This document shows, in pieces, positions 8,769-17,910 of a stretch of DNA of 64,000 nt (its first letter is position 1; each line of letters opens with the position of its first letter). Position numbers and translations under genes: made by a program. The stretch lies in NCBI GenBank assembly GCA_012727435.1, contig JAAYHB010000011.1:3010-67009 (forward strand). Direction: 5' to 3'. This DNA comes from Clostridiales bacterium (GTDB taxonomy: Bacteria; Bacillota; Clostridia; Oscillospirales; CAG-272). Under the pieces are notes generated by a model that saw only the letters and a list, made by a program, of their open reading frames with translations, did not search any database and had not been told where the DNA came from.

Positions 8769-9935
8769 TTACCAATTTGTATGCCAGCGGCAGGGCTGCC
8801 CCCCGGCATCGGGGAATAGGCGGTTCCTTGGTTTTGAGTTTTTAATCTTTTCCTCGAGCAACGAATCAAAAAGCTTTGTGTCAAGCTCTTTTACGGATAC
8901 CCTTTTGCCTGTCCAGGACGACAGATAGGCGGCGTTTGAGAGGGCAATTTCGTTGATTCCGTCGTATCCCGGCGCAAGAAGCTCCTCTCCGTAAAGCACG
9001 GCGTTTGTAAAATTCTGAATTATTCCGTTATGCGCGGGTTCTTTTTCGGTCTGCTCAAACACCTGCTCCTGAAGATTATACTCTGGGAAGGCGTTCGGAT
9101 CGTTATAGCAGAATTCGCGCTCGTCGCCCTCAAGCAGGTACAAGTTCAGCTTTTTCTTCTCTATGACCAGTTTCCCTCGGCTGCCGCTTATTTCAAGGCG
9201 GTTGGTTCCCGGATATTCTCCGGTTGAAGTAATGAAGGTCGCGGTCGCTCCGTTTTTGTAGTAACCGTTTATAATGGCATCGTCCTCAACCTCGATGTCA
9301 TGCCATTTCCCTACGTCGCAGGTGGCGTAAATTTCATCGGGCATACCGAATATCCACTGCCAGAGGTCAAGATTATGGGGCGCCTGATTGAGCAGCACTC
9401 CTCCTCCTTCGCCCGCCCAGGTTGCCCTCCATGAGGCCGAATTATAGTAGCTCTGGGTGCGGTACCAGTTGGTGATAATCCATACCAGCCGTTTAGGGGT
9501 GCCGAGTGTCCCGTTTCGGATCAGCTCTCTCGCCTTTTGAAACAGGGGATTTGTCCGCTGATTCCACATTATCCCGAACACCCTGCCGCTTTTTTTTGCG
9601 GCGTTGTTCATTTGAATGACATCGCTGACTCTTACGCCCGCAGGCTTTTCGGTCAGCACATTGAGCCCGGCGCCGAAGGCCTCTATTGCAATCGGCGGAT
9701 GCAGGTAATGGGGCGTTGCAATGATCACCGCGTCAATGATTCCCGATCTGATCAGTTCCCTGTAATCTTCAAACACGGCGACATTTGCAAGCTCCGAGGC
9801 TTTTTTGCGTTTTTCGGCGTCAATGTCACATACAGCGGTAAGCTCGGCATCTATTATCTTACCGCTATGTAAGTTTTTTGCGTGGGTCGAGCCCATGTTG
9901 CCGAAACCGACAATACCGAATCTTACTTTGTTCAT
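8769..9935 (-). CDS. Gfo/Idh/MocA-family NAD(P)-dependent sugar/inositol oxidoreductase
   Basis: GIVGFGNMG, IATPHYLH, TEKP, GGGVLLNQAPHNLD motifs. Confidence 0.92.
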   Translation of the reverse strand: MNKVRFGIVGFGNMGSTHAKNLHSGKIIDAELTAVCDIDAEKRKKASELANVAVFEDYRELIRSGIIDAVIIATPHYLHPPIAIEAFGAGLNVLTEKPAGVRVSDVIQMNNAAKKSGRVFGIMWNQRTNPLFQKARELIRNGTLGTPKRLVWIITNWYRTQSYYNSASWRATWAGEGGGVLLNQAPHNLDLWQWIFGMPDEIYATCDVGKWHDIEVEDDAIINGYYKNGATATFITSTGEYPGTNRLEISGSRGKLVIEKKKLNLYLLEGDEREFCYNDPNAFPEYNLQEQVFEQTEKEPAHNGIIQNFTNAVLYGEELLAPGYDGINEIALSNAAYLSSWTGKRVSVKELDTKLFDSLLEEKIKNSKPRNRLFPDAGGQPCRWHTNW

Positions 9936-10015
9936 ATGCACCTTTCCTTCCCGGCGGCGTAAACTTTACCTCAATATTTAAAGAGAGAAAATACCGCTGT
10001 AAACCTCCTTATAGT

Positions 10016-10777
10016 TTATTCAAGTCCTTTAGACCGGAGATATTCGTAGCTCTTTTTTAGCGCGTCAAACGGGTTCTCGCCGTAGCTGTTGTCCTGCTCG
10101 ACCAGAAGGTATTCGGTTCCCGCCGACTCTGCCGCCGAAATGACGGCGTCAAAGTTTATATTGCCGTATCCTACCGGCGCCATTCTCTGTTCCTTTTTGA
10201 ACATGACAAGGTCTTTGAGGTGAATGCACGGCACGCGGCCTTTGAGCTTTATTATCCATTCTGCCGGGTTTCCTCCGCCGACCTGTATCCAATATGTGTC
10301 GAGCGTGAACCCCAAACTGTCGGCGGGAAAAGCTTCAATCATCCTTTCAAGATAAGTCATTTTTGTGTTATATTTGCCGAACTCGAAATGATGGTTGTGG
10401 TACATGAGATACGAGCCGTTGTCCCTTATTGCTTTTGCTACGGGTAAAAATTCTTCGATAAATTCGTCTATTTTGTCAAGGCCATCGCACCCGCCGGGGA
10501 GCGAGCCTATCCCGATATGCCTGCAGCCGAAGACATTGTGTGCCCTGACAACTCCTTCGGGGTCTTTTTGGATTTCGGCGGGGTTTGTATGGGTGATAAC
10601 GCAGGATAACCCGGTCTGTTTTAGCTGTTCGGCAAGCCATTCGGGCTCATATTTACAGGTACCCGAGACCTGAACGGTTGTATACCCTATGTCGGCTATC
10701 TTTTTTAATGTTTCGGCAAAGCCTTCGGTGGTCTGGCAATACTCGCGGACCGTGTATAACTGTGCCCCTATTTTCAT
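10016..10777 (-). CDS. Sugar phosphate isomerase/epimerase (IolE/xylose-isomerase-like TIM barrel)
   Basis: IGAQLYTVR, YHNHHFE, LDTYW, IHLKD, VEQD motifs. Confidence 0.9.
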   Translation of the reverse strand: MKIGAQLYTVREYCQTTEGFAETLKKIADIGYTTVQVSGTCKYEPEWLAEQLKQTGLSCVITHTNPAEIQKDPEGVVRAHNVFGCRHIGIGSLPGGCDGLDKIDEFIEEFLPVAKAIRDNGSYLMYHNHHFEFGKYNTKMTYLERMIEAFPADSLGFTLDTYWIQVGGGNPAEWIIKLKGRVPCIHLKDLVMFKKEQRMAPVGYGNINFDAVISAAESAGTEYLLVEQDNSYGENPFDALKKSYEYLRSKGLE

Positions 10778-10792
10778 GCCCGATAATTCCTT

Positions 10793-11650
10793 TCAATTTA
10801 TGTTATTGATTATGCTTTTCAGCGAATTGACCGCGGTATCGAAAGCTTGTGCGGGTGATGTGAATCGGCGCTCGGCAATATTGCTCCTCTCGCCCTTTTT
10901 TTCAAGTGCAGATAACCCGTGGAAAACCGTGAGATGAGGCTCGATGGTCAGCACCCCGCCGCCGTTATCCCTGTATCGCACAAGAAGCTCTGCGATATTG
11001 CATATCCCTTCGCCGGCAGGGACTATCCTGCCGTTTTCGGCTACGTCTTTTATGTGAAGGTACTTGACATATGGCCTCAGCACCTCCCATGCGTGCAGGA
11101 CCTCTTCGCCGCAGCAGGCAAAATTTGCGGGATCAAAAACCGCGCGGAGTTCGGGCAGAGCCTTATGCATCTCCTCGCATCTTGAGGCGATGTCGTCGAA
11201 TATTCCTTTTTCGTTTTCGTGGCAGAGGGTGATTCCTGACCCCTTCGCGGCCTCGAGAAACCTTGACAGTCTTTCGAGCACTTCGTCGCGCAGGCCGTCG
11301 GAAATGTCAATACCCGTATGGTAGAAGCTGAACAGACGTATGTTCTTTGCTCCGAGTATGTGCGCGATTTCAAGGGTATTTAGAAATTTATCATAGTGGG
11401 GGGCAAAATCATCCGAAATTTCGATTTTCCCAATCGGTGAGCCTGTTGACCATACCGATATGCCTTCATCATCGAGCTTCTGTTTTATCATTCTTGCTTC
11501 TTCGGGCGTCAGGCTTGAGACATTTTTGCCGTCAACTCCCCTTATTTCAAGAAGGCTTATCCCGTTTCGCTTCATGGCTTCTATCTGCCCGGCAAGCGCC
11601 TTGTCGGCTTCGTCGGCAAACGCGGCAAGTCTGAACATATTTTCTGCCAT
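10793..11650 (-). CDS. Sugar phosphate isomerase/epimerase (xylose-isomerase-like TIM barrel)
   Basis: AAFADEA, IRLFSFY, HENEKGIF, FDPANF, HIKD, TIEPHL motifs. Confidence 0.9.
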   Translation of the reverse strand: MAENMFRLAAFADEADKALAGQIEAMKRNGISLLEIRGVDGKNVSSLTPEEARMIKQKLDDEGISVWSTGSPIGKIEISDDFAPHYDKFLNTLEIAHILGAKNIRLFSFYHTGIDISDGLRDEVLERLSRFLEAAKGSGITLCHENEKGIFDDIASRCEEMHKALPELRAVFDPANFACCGEEVLHAWEVLRPYVKYLHIKDVAENGRIVPAGEGICNIAELLVRYRDNGGGVLTIEPHLTVFHGLSALEKKGERSNIAERRFTSPAQAFDTAVNSLKSIINNIN

Positions 11651-11844
11651 ACTTGGTTTATATCCTCCAGAACTCTTTCATGTTAAATTATAGCACATTT
11701 CGTGGGGAAAACCAATAGTTTTATCGGCTCAACAAGCGGAATTTTGCTTCGGTCGTTTTTTTTGTACGACAGTGTCTTTATGTATTGCATCATAGAAGAA
11801 TTTGATATATAATTTAAGAAAACTACTTTAGAGAGGATGGACTT

Positions 11845-13323
11845 ATGAAAAAACTCGGTTTATTTCTGGCAATCATTTTAGCTCTTATGGCTCTTGGTTC
11901 CTGCACACAGACAGGAGTCGACAAGGAAAGCACTGATGTGGACGAAACCACGACTGTCAACACAGGAGAGACGAGCAACGACAGTACATCCGAAACAACA
12001 GAGGACACAACGGAGGACAGGATTTTGACAAACGAAGTGCCGAAAACCCTGAAAGTATTGGCCATAGGCAACAGCTTCAGCACAGACGCCATGCAGTACC
12101 TCTATGATATTGCAAAGAGTGCCGGAGTTGAGGAAATTGTACTCGGAAATCTGTATATCGGCGGGTGCAGCCTTGCAACCCATCTGGCCAATGCAAAGTC
12201 GAACGCCCGGGCGTATACATATTATAAAAACACCAGCGGCACATGGGTGGCAAATAAGGAAAAAACGCTTCTTGAAGGGCTGACCGACGAGAAGTGGGAT
12301 TATATCTCGATGCAGCAGTCAAGCCCGAACAGCGGAATTGCGTCGACATACGGCAACACGCTCACCCAGCTTGTAGCTTTCGTCAAGGAAAACATGACAA
12401 ACCCCGATGCAAAACTTGTCTGGCATATGACCTGGGCTTATCAGTCCGACAGCACGCATTCGGCCTTTGTGAATTATAACAAAGACCAGATGACAATGTA
12501 TAACGCGATAGTTGACGCGGTACGGAGCTGTGTTTTGACGGTTCCCGACTTCACTGCCGTAATACCGTCAGGCACGGCGATACAGAACGCCCGCACAAGT
12601 TTTGCAGGCGACAGACTCACCCGCGACGGGTACCACCTAAACTATAACCTCGGCAGGTATATTGCAGGTCTTACCTGGTACGCCGCAATCACCGGAGCGC
12701 CGCTCGAGGGGGCTACCTACAACCCCGCTCCCTCCGAGATTACCGATGACGTGATGGCAATGGCGAAGGAAGCCGTCAAGAACGCAATAATAAAGCCTTT
12801 TGAGGTCACCGAGTCAACATATAAAACCGGTGTTTGGACCCCGGCGACTATCAGAAATTCCGACCCGGTGGTTCCGGCCGACTGCTTTGAGGCCGATATG
12901 GCGCTGGCGGCGACTATCGGCATTGACCTTAACAATTATGTGCTCTTTGAATATGAGTATCTTGAGAACAGCTACTGGTACTGCACAAAGGGCACCTCGA
13001 TTACAACCCCGGGGAGCAGCGCCAGCACATACCACCAGAATATCTGCTCAGCCAAGATTTACTCAAAAGCCGAAATTCCCGAGAATTCGATTATTATTTG
13101 TGATCCCGGCTGGCAGTTCAGACCCGAGCTTTGGGAGACGCTTGACCAACCCGCCAAGACCAGGCCGGAGCTGACCACGGCAAATATTACCCTGATGGAT
13201 GCAAAGTTCTGGGGGAGCAATAATTATTTCGCTTTCAATATAGCCGCAAGTCCCAAGGCCGATATATCCGAATATTATGCCGCCGCGGCGACACACATCA
13301 GGATTTACATTCCGAAAAACTGA
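11845..13323 (+). CDS. Lipoprotein with DUF4886 (SGNH-hydrolase-like) domain and an extra C-terminal domain
   Basis: Lipobox LGSC; Thr-rich linker; VLAIGNSFS, NLYIGGCSL, WDYISMQQ, RDGYH motifs. Confidence 0.8.
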   Translation: MKKLGLFLAIILALMALGSCTQTGVDKESTDVDETTTVNTGETSNDSTSETTEDTTEDRILTNEVPKTLKVLAIGNSFSTDAMQYLYDIAKSAGVEEIVLGNLYIGGCSLATHLANAKSNARAYTYYKNTSGTWVANKEKTLLEGLTDEKWDYISMQQSSPNSGIASTYGNTLTQLVAFVKENMTNPDAKLVWHMTWAYQSDSTHSAFVNYNKDQMTMYNAIVDAVRSCVLTVPDFTAVIPSGTAIQNARTSFAGDRLTRDGYHLNYNLGRYIAGLTWYAAITGAPLEGATYNPAPSEITDDVMAMAKEAVKNAIIKPFEVTESTYKTGVWTPATIRNSDPVVPADCFEADMALAATIGIDLNNYVLFEYEYLENSYWYCTKGTSITTPGSSASTYHQNICSAKIYSKAEIPENSIIICDPGWQFRPELWETLDQPAKTRPELTTANITLMDAKFWGSNNYFAFNIAASPKADISEYYAAAATHIRIYIPKN

Positions 13324-13392
13324 TATGACAGATTACCCCAGGCGGGTTCATTGAACTACCCGGGGTGAACCTTTAGGCGAACGTCTATATCA

Positions 13393-13432
13393 ATGACATG
13401 GGGAACTAATTGCATGAAGTTCCCCATGTCAT
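13393..13432. terminator. Bidirectional terminator hairpin
   Basis: Perfect 15-bp stem ATGACATGGGGAACT/AGTTCCCCATGTCAT between convergent genes. Confidence 0.8.
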
Positions 13433-13434
13433 AT

Positions 13435-16400
13435 TTAATTAACCCGCACTGTCAGGATTTCAAAGGGCTTGGCGACAAGGCAAAGGGTATTATTCTCAAG
13501 TCTCAGTTCCGAGACAGGGCGCTCGAGAAGGTCGCAGAGGGTTGCCGACCTGACGTCAAAGCCGAAATGAAGACAAAAACGGGTGAGCTTGTTTTTCGCC
13601 TCGTACATTCTAAGAATATATCCGTCGCCGTTCTCTGCTTTTTTCACAGTCTCAAGGAATATATTGTCGGAGTCGACCGAGACGAGCGAATAGCTCTCGG
13701 GCAGCTCGCCGCTCCCGTGTCTTGCGGCGACGGGGCGCAGCGGGTGGTTGAGCAGGTAGGCGAGCTTTTGGGTGTCTGACTCGGCGAGGCTGCCGGCGTG
13801 GGGGTGGAGAGAGTAGGTGAAGACATGGCGGCCCTGGTCGGCGTCGGGGTTCGGGTGGGTCGCGCACTTGATAAGCGAAATGCAGACTGTGTCGCCGTGG
13901 ACATCGTAGCCGTATTTGCAGTCGTTCATGAGACTGATGCCGTAGCCGCCGTCCGACAGGTCGGCGTATTTGTGGGCACAGGTTTCAAATTTCATCCGGT
14001 CCCACGGAGTGTTTTTGTGGGTCGGCCGCTCGATGCTGCCGAACTGAATGTCGAAGGTCGCGCGGTCGGTGTTGACATCGGCCGGGAAGGCGGCGCGAAG
14101 CAGTTGATGATGTTCGTGCCAGTCGGCCTCGGTTTCAAAGTCTATGGTCGGAATGTCGTCGTAGATGCGGATGTTCTGCACTATTGTGCTTGAGCCCCAC
14201 CTGCGCGTGACGCGATACCCGGCGCCTGCCGAATCGGAAAACGGCTCGGCCGACTCAAGCTGGTCGAGCAGATATACCTTGTCGTTGACATACATCGAGA
14301 TATCCCAGGCGTCGTATTTATACGGGAAGTCCTCGTGGACGCGCAGCTCGTTGGCCCGCTTCCCAGCGGGAAGCACCTCGCGGCAGGCCCTCTTGTCATA
14401 AATGCGCGTGATGGTGTAGGTCCGGTCGAATTCAATGAGGAAGAAGTCGTTCTCAAGCCGCCTCTCGCCGATAACGCAGCTTGTTTTCTTTGCCCGTGGG
14501 GTCAGCGCGAGCCAGCCCTTGGCAGGGACCGGGCCGACAAAGAACCTGTCCCCGCCGTGCTCGATTATACCCGAGGCGTCAAAGGAATGCGGGTTGAAGA
14601 CAATCAGCTCCTCATCGGTTTTGATCCTGTCAACAAGGACGGACACAGCGTCGTTTATTATGCCCTCGAGCGCCTCGCGAATCTCATTATACTCCCGGTC
14701 GGTGACCTCATAGACTTCTTTGATTGAGGAGCCGGGGAGGATATCGTGGAACTGGTTTGTGAGTATCATTTCCCAAATCTTGCGCAATTGCCCGGCAGGG
14801 AAGGGGTGGCCGGCGAGCAGCTCGGCCAGGGTTGCGAGGAGTTCGGCGTCGAGCGCGAGAAATTCGGATTTACGGTTATTTCGCTTGTTTTTGGCTATCG
14901 AGGTGTAGGTGCCGCGATGAAACTCGAGGTATAGTTCACCCCTCCACTCGGGCACGCGGGGGTTGTTTGCCATCTTCGCCTCGGTGCGGCGAAGGAAGTC
15001 GCCGGCAAAACCTATCTCGGCCGCCGTCCCGCCGGGCAGTGCGTGTCTGTGGCGGCGCAGGGTCTCGAGCATCTCCTCGTTTGGCCCGCCGCCTCCATCG
15101 CCGTAGCCGAAGGTGAGCAGCGCCTCGTCGATAACGTCCTTCTGCTGAAACCTTTCCCATGTGCCATTTATCTGGGCCGGCGTCGCCTTGCCGTTGTAGG
15201 TCGAGGTTTTTGTGGGCTCCTGCCCGAGCTTTTTATCCTGTGCGGTGAGAAAATATGCGTTGACCGGCGTACCGTCGATTCCCCGCCAGACAAAAAGGTC
15301 ATAGGGCATTTTGTTCAGCTCGTTCCAGCCGATTTTCGAGGTGACAAACCAGTCGACGCCGCTTTTTCTGAGTATCTGCGGCAGAGCGGCCGAGTAACCG
15401 AAGGCATCGGGCAGCCAGAGCACGCGGCTCTCAACCCCGAACTCCTCACGAAAGAACCGCTTTCCGTATATAATCTGCCGGACAAGCGACTCGCCGGTGG
15501 GCAGGTTGTTGTCGGCTTCCACCCACATCGCACCTTCGACCTCCCAGCGCCCGGAGGCTATCATTTTTTTGATTTCGGCGTAGAGCTCCGGGGCTTCCTC
15601 CTTTACCGTCTTGTAAAGATAAGCCTGTGAGGACATGAATTTATACTCTGGATAACGCTTCATCAGCGCGATGACGGTTGCAAAGCTGCGCTGAGCCTTC
15701 TCGCGGGTCTGAGCCACCGTCCATAACCAAGCGATGTCGATATGCGTGTGGCCGATGCAGATTACCTTGTGATCGTCAGTGCGGTTTTTTCGGTAAAGCT
15801 CGGCCTCAAGGTAAGCGCTTGCACGGGCAGCCGAGGCGAGAAATTCGGGCGAGCCGGGGATACGCAGGTCGAGCAGGTTGACCGCGTCGTCAAGAACCCG
15901 CAGTATATTCGCGTACTCGGAGGAATAGGACGGTAGCAGCTCGAGGGTCTGAACCGGGATGAGGAGGTCGTAATAGAGCTTGACAACAGTCTCGTTTACC
16001 GCCCTGAGCGAGAGGATGAAGGTGAGATTGGCCTTCTTCAGGCTCGAATATCCATAAAAATAAAGAGTGACCGGGCCTCTGCTCTCAAGGCGCAGCGAGT
16101 TATGGTTTCTGTCCAGCGCCTGAAGCATGTTCCCGGAGGCGTCATATACGATGAACTCGGGGTTGGTCCCATCCCAGCCGCCGATGCTGGTGTTTACAAA
16201 GAGGTCGTAGGGGGTGCCCGAGTATTCTTCGGGGATTGTGTAATCGACCTTAAACCAGACGTGAGAGTCGGGAGTGGTTCCCCAGATGCCATTCTTTTCG
16301 AAACGGACAAACTCACTCTCATCCGGGGGAGTGTTGTTTGATTTATAGTCGCAGGGACAAAAGGCGATATTAACCGGAGTTTTGATTTCGGTCCAACCGA

Positions 16401-16452
16401 GCGGGGAGATTATTTCGGTAATCCGCTTTACCTTCTTGTGGGTGAATTCCAT
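13435..16452 (-). CDS. Alpha-mannosidase, glycoside hydrolase family 38
   Basis: GHTHIDIAWLW, WLPDAFG, GELYLEFHRGTYTS, NQFHDILPGSSI motifs. Confidence 0.95.
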   Translation of the reverse strand: MEFTHKKVKRITEIISPLGWTEIKTPVNIAFCPCDYKSNNTPPDESEFVRFEKNGIWGTTPDSHVWFKVDYTIPEEYSGTPYDLFVNTSIGGWDGTNPEFIVYDASGNMLQALDRNHNSLRLESRGPVTLYFYGYSSLKKANLTFILSLRAVNETVVKLYYDLLIPVQTLELLPSYSSEYANILRVLDDAVNLLDLRIPGSPEFLASAARASAYLEAELYRKNRTDDHKVICIGHTHIDIAWLWTVAQTREKAQRSFATVIALMKRYPEYKFMSSQAYLYKTVKEEAPELYAEIKKMIASGRWEVEGAMWVEADNNLPTGESLVRQIIYGKRFFREEFGVESRVLWLPDAFGYSAALPQILRKSGVDWFVTSKIGWNELNKMPYDLFVWRGIDGTPVNAYFLTAQDKKLGQEPTKTSTYNGKATPAQINGTWERFQQKDVIDEALLTFGYGDGGGGPNEEMLETLRRHRHALPGGTAAEIGFAGDFLRRTEAKMANNPRVPEWRGELYLEFHRGTYTSIAKNKRNNRKSEFLALDAELLATLAELLAGHPFPAGQLRKIWEMILTNQFHDILPGSSIKEVYEVTDREYNEIREALEGIINDAVSVLVDRIKTDEELIVFNPHSFDASGIIEHGGDRFFVGPVPAKGWLALTPRAKKTSCVIGERRLENDFFLIEFDRTYTITRIYDKRACREVLPAGKRANELRVHEDFPYKYDAWDISMYVNDKVYLLDQLESAEPFSDSAGAGYRVTRRWGSSTIVQNIRIYDDIPTIDFETEADWHEHHQLLRAAFPADVNTDRATFDIQFGSIERPTHKNTPWDRMKFETCAHKYADLSDGGYGISLMNDCKYGYDVHGDTVCISLIKCATHPNPDADQGRHVFTYSLHPHAGSLAESDTQKLAYLLNHPLRPVAARHGSGELPESYSLVSVDSDNIFLETVKKAENGDGYILRMYEAKNKLTRFCLHFGFDVRSATLCDLLERPVSELRLENNTLCLVAKPFEILTVRVN

Positions 16453-16674
16453 TTTGTTGCCCCTTAATTAAAAATGTTCAAGGATATTATACATAAGAAA
16501 GCTAAGTATATCAAGTGTGATAAAAGATAAATCGGTCTAGAATTTCATGATATCCGGTACGCTTTTATTAAATTTTTATATACAGTAGCTTTTTGCGTTT
16601 TTTATGGTAAAATGATGGTCGCGGTTACATTTGGTGATTGTTGCCGAAGGTACAGCCAGGACAGGAGGAATACA

Positions 16675-17703
16675 ATGAAAGCTATTGCTGTAACCGGTGT
16701 AGGGAAGCTTTCGGTTGTTTATGATTGTCCCGAACCGGTTATCGGAGATTATGATGCCTTAGTAAAAATCAAAGCCTGCGGTTTTTGTAACGGCACCGAT
16801 ACAAGAATCGCATTTGACCAGCTTAATGAAGCGCAGCGTCAGGTTCCGTTTCCGACGATCCTCGGGCATGAAGCAACAGGCGTCATTGTCAGTGTCGGGA
16901 AGAAAGTGCGCAATCTTAAAGTCGGTGAAAAACATATAAGAATAAGGGGAACAAACGCTCCGAATAATAAATATACCACAAACAACGGTCAGATGGCCGA
17001 ATACGGGATACTTACCGACTACGGGGCCATGAGGGAAGACGGCCTGCCAACCCCTGCGGACGCTCCGCTGAAACCTATAAGGCTACCTGATGATACCGAC
17101 CTTATTGATGCCGTCATGTACATCACCCTGCTCGAGTGCCTGTCGGCGGTAAAAAACTTCAGGATTGACAAGACAACCGATGTTCTTGTATATGGTGCGG
17201 GTCCTGTGGGCCTTGCGCTGACCAGATTTATGAAGATATGCGGAGTAAAGTCGGTTACGGTCGTCGACTTTGTCCCTGAACGACTTAAGCTTGCCCGGGA
17301 ATTATCGGGAGCCGATGTCACTTTAGACACATCAAAGCAAGACCTCAAAGCAGCTCTCGGGGACAAGCTCTTTGACAGGGTGATTGATGCTGCGGGCGAG
17401 TCTTCTGTTTTCTACGACGGAAGCCGGCGTTTGCGCCCTTACGGGGTGCTTTGCTCGCTCGGGGTGCTGAGAAAGACCGACTCGTCAATTGATCTTTCTC
17501 TGATGAAAAACAACACGCTGATACATATGCTTAATTTCCCGTACGGCAAGTATGAAGCCTTTGACGAGCTTCTCGGCTATATTAAGAGTGGGCAGATAAA
17601 TCCCAAGGACTTTTACTCGCACGTCATGCCGCTCGAATCGGCAGCCGAGGCCATGCGGCTGGTACTTGAAAAGAAAGTATTAAAAATAATTCTTACAGTG
17701 TAA
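16675..17703 (+). CDS. Zinc-dependent medium-chain (polyol/sugar) dehydrogenase
   Basis: AGGAGG RBS before MKAIAV; CGFCNGTD, GHE, GAGPVG motifs. Confidence 0.85.
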   Translation: MKAIAVTGVGKLSVVYDCPEPVIGDYDALVKIKACGFCNGTDTRIAFDQLNEAQRQVPFPTILGHEATGVIVSVGKKVRNLKVGEKHIRIRGTNAPNNKYTTNNGQMAEYGILTDYGAMREDGLPTPADAPLKPIRLPDDTDLIDAVMYITLLECLSAVKNFRIDKTTDVLVYGAGPVGLALTRFMKICGVKSVTVVDFVPERLKLARELSGADVTLDTSKQDLKAALGDKLFDRVIDAAGESSVFYDGSRRLRPYGVLCSLGVLRKTDSSIDLSLMKNNTLIHMLNFPYGKYEAFDELLGYIKSGQINPKDFYSHVMPLESAAEAMRLVLEKKVLKIILTV

Positions 17704-17735
17704 AAATGTTTTATTAATTTAAAAAAGATTTGATT

Positions 17736-17766
17736 AGGCACTCTGCGCAAGTTGTGCAGAGTGCCT
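17736..17766. terminator. Bidirectional terminator hairpin
   Basis: AGGCACTCTGCGCAA/TTGTGCAGAGTGCCT stem between convergent genes. Confidence 0.75.
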
Positions 17767-17910
17767 CAATTGTTTTCGGACCCTGTTTCTATTGAATTTT
17801 TGCATCCCTGGTATAATCGGGTTGGCAGAAGATATGCCGCGGTTTCCTGACAAGAGATAAAATTATGAAAACATTTATTATGGTCAAGAAGGGAAATACG
17901 AGTTTTTTGT

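Noticed and set aside
8769-8850. Suspected frameshift at the C-terminus of the Gfo/Idh/MocA protein
   Set aside because: The RWHTNW ending resembles the Trp-terminated tails I recall for this subfamily, so the ORF is treated as intact.
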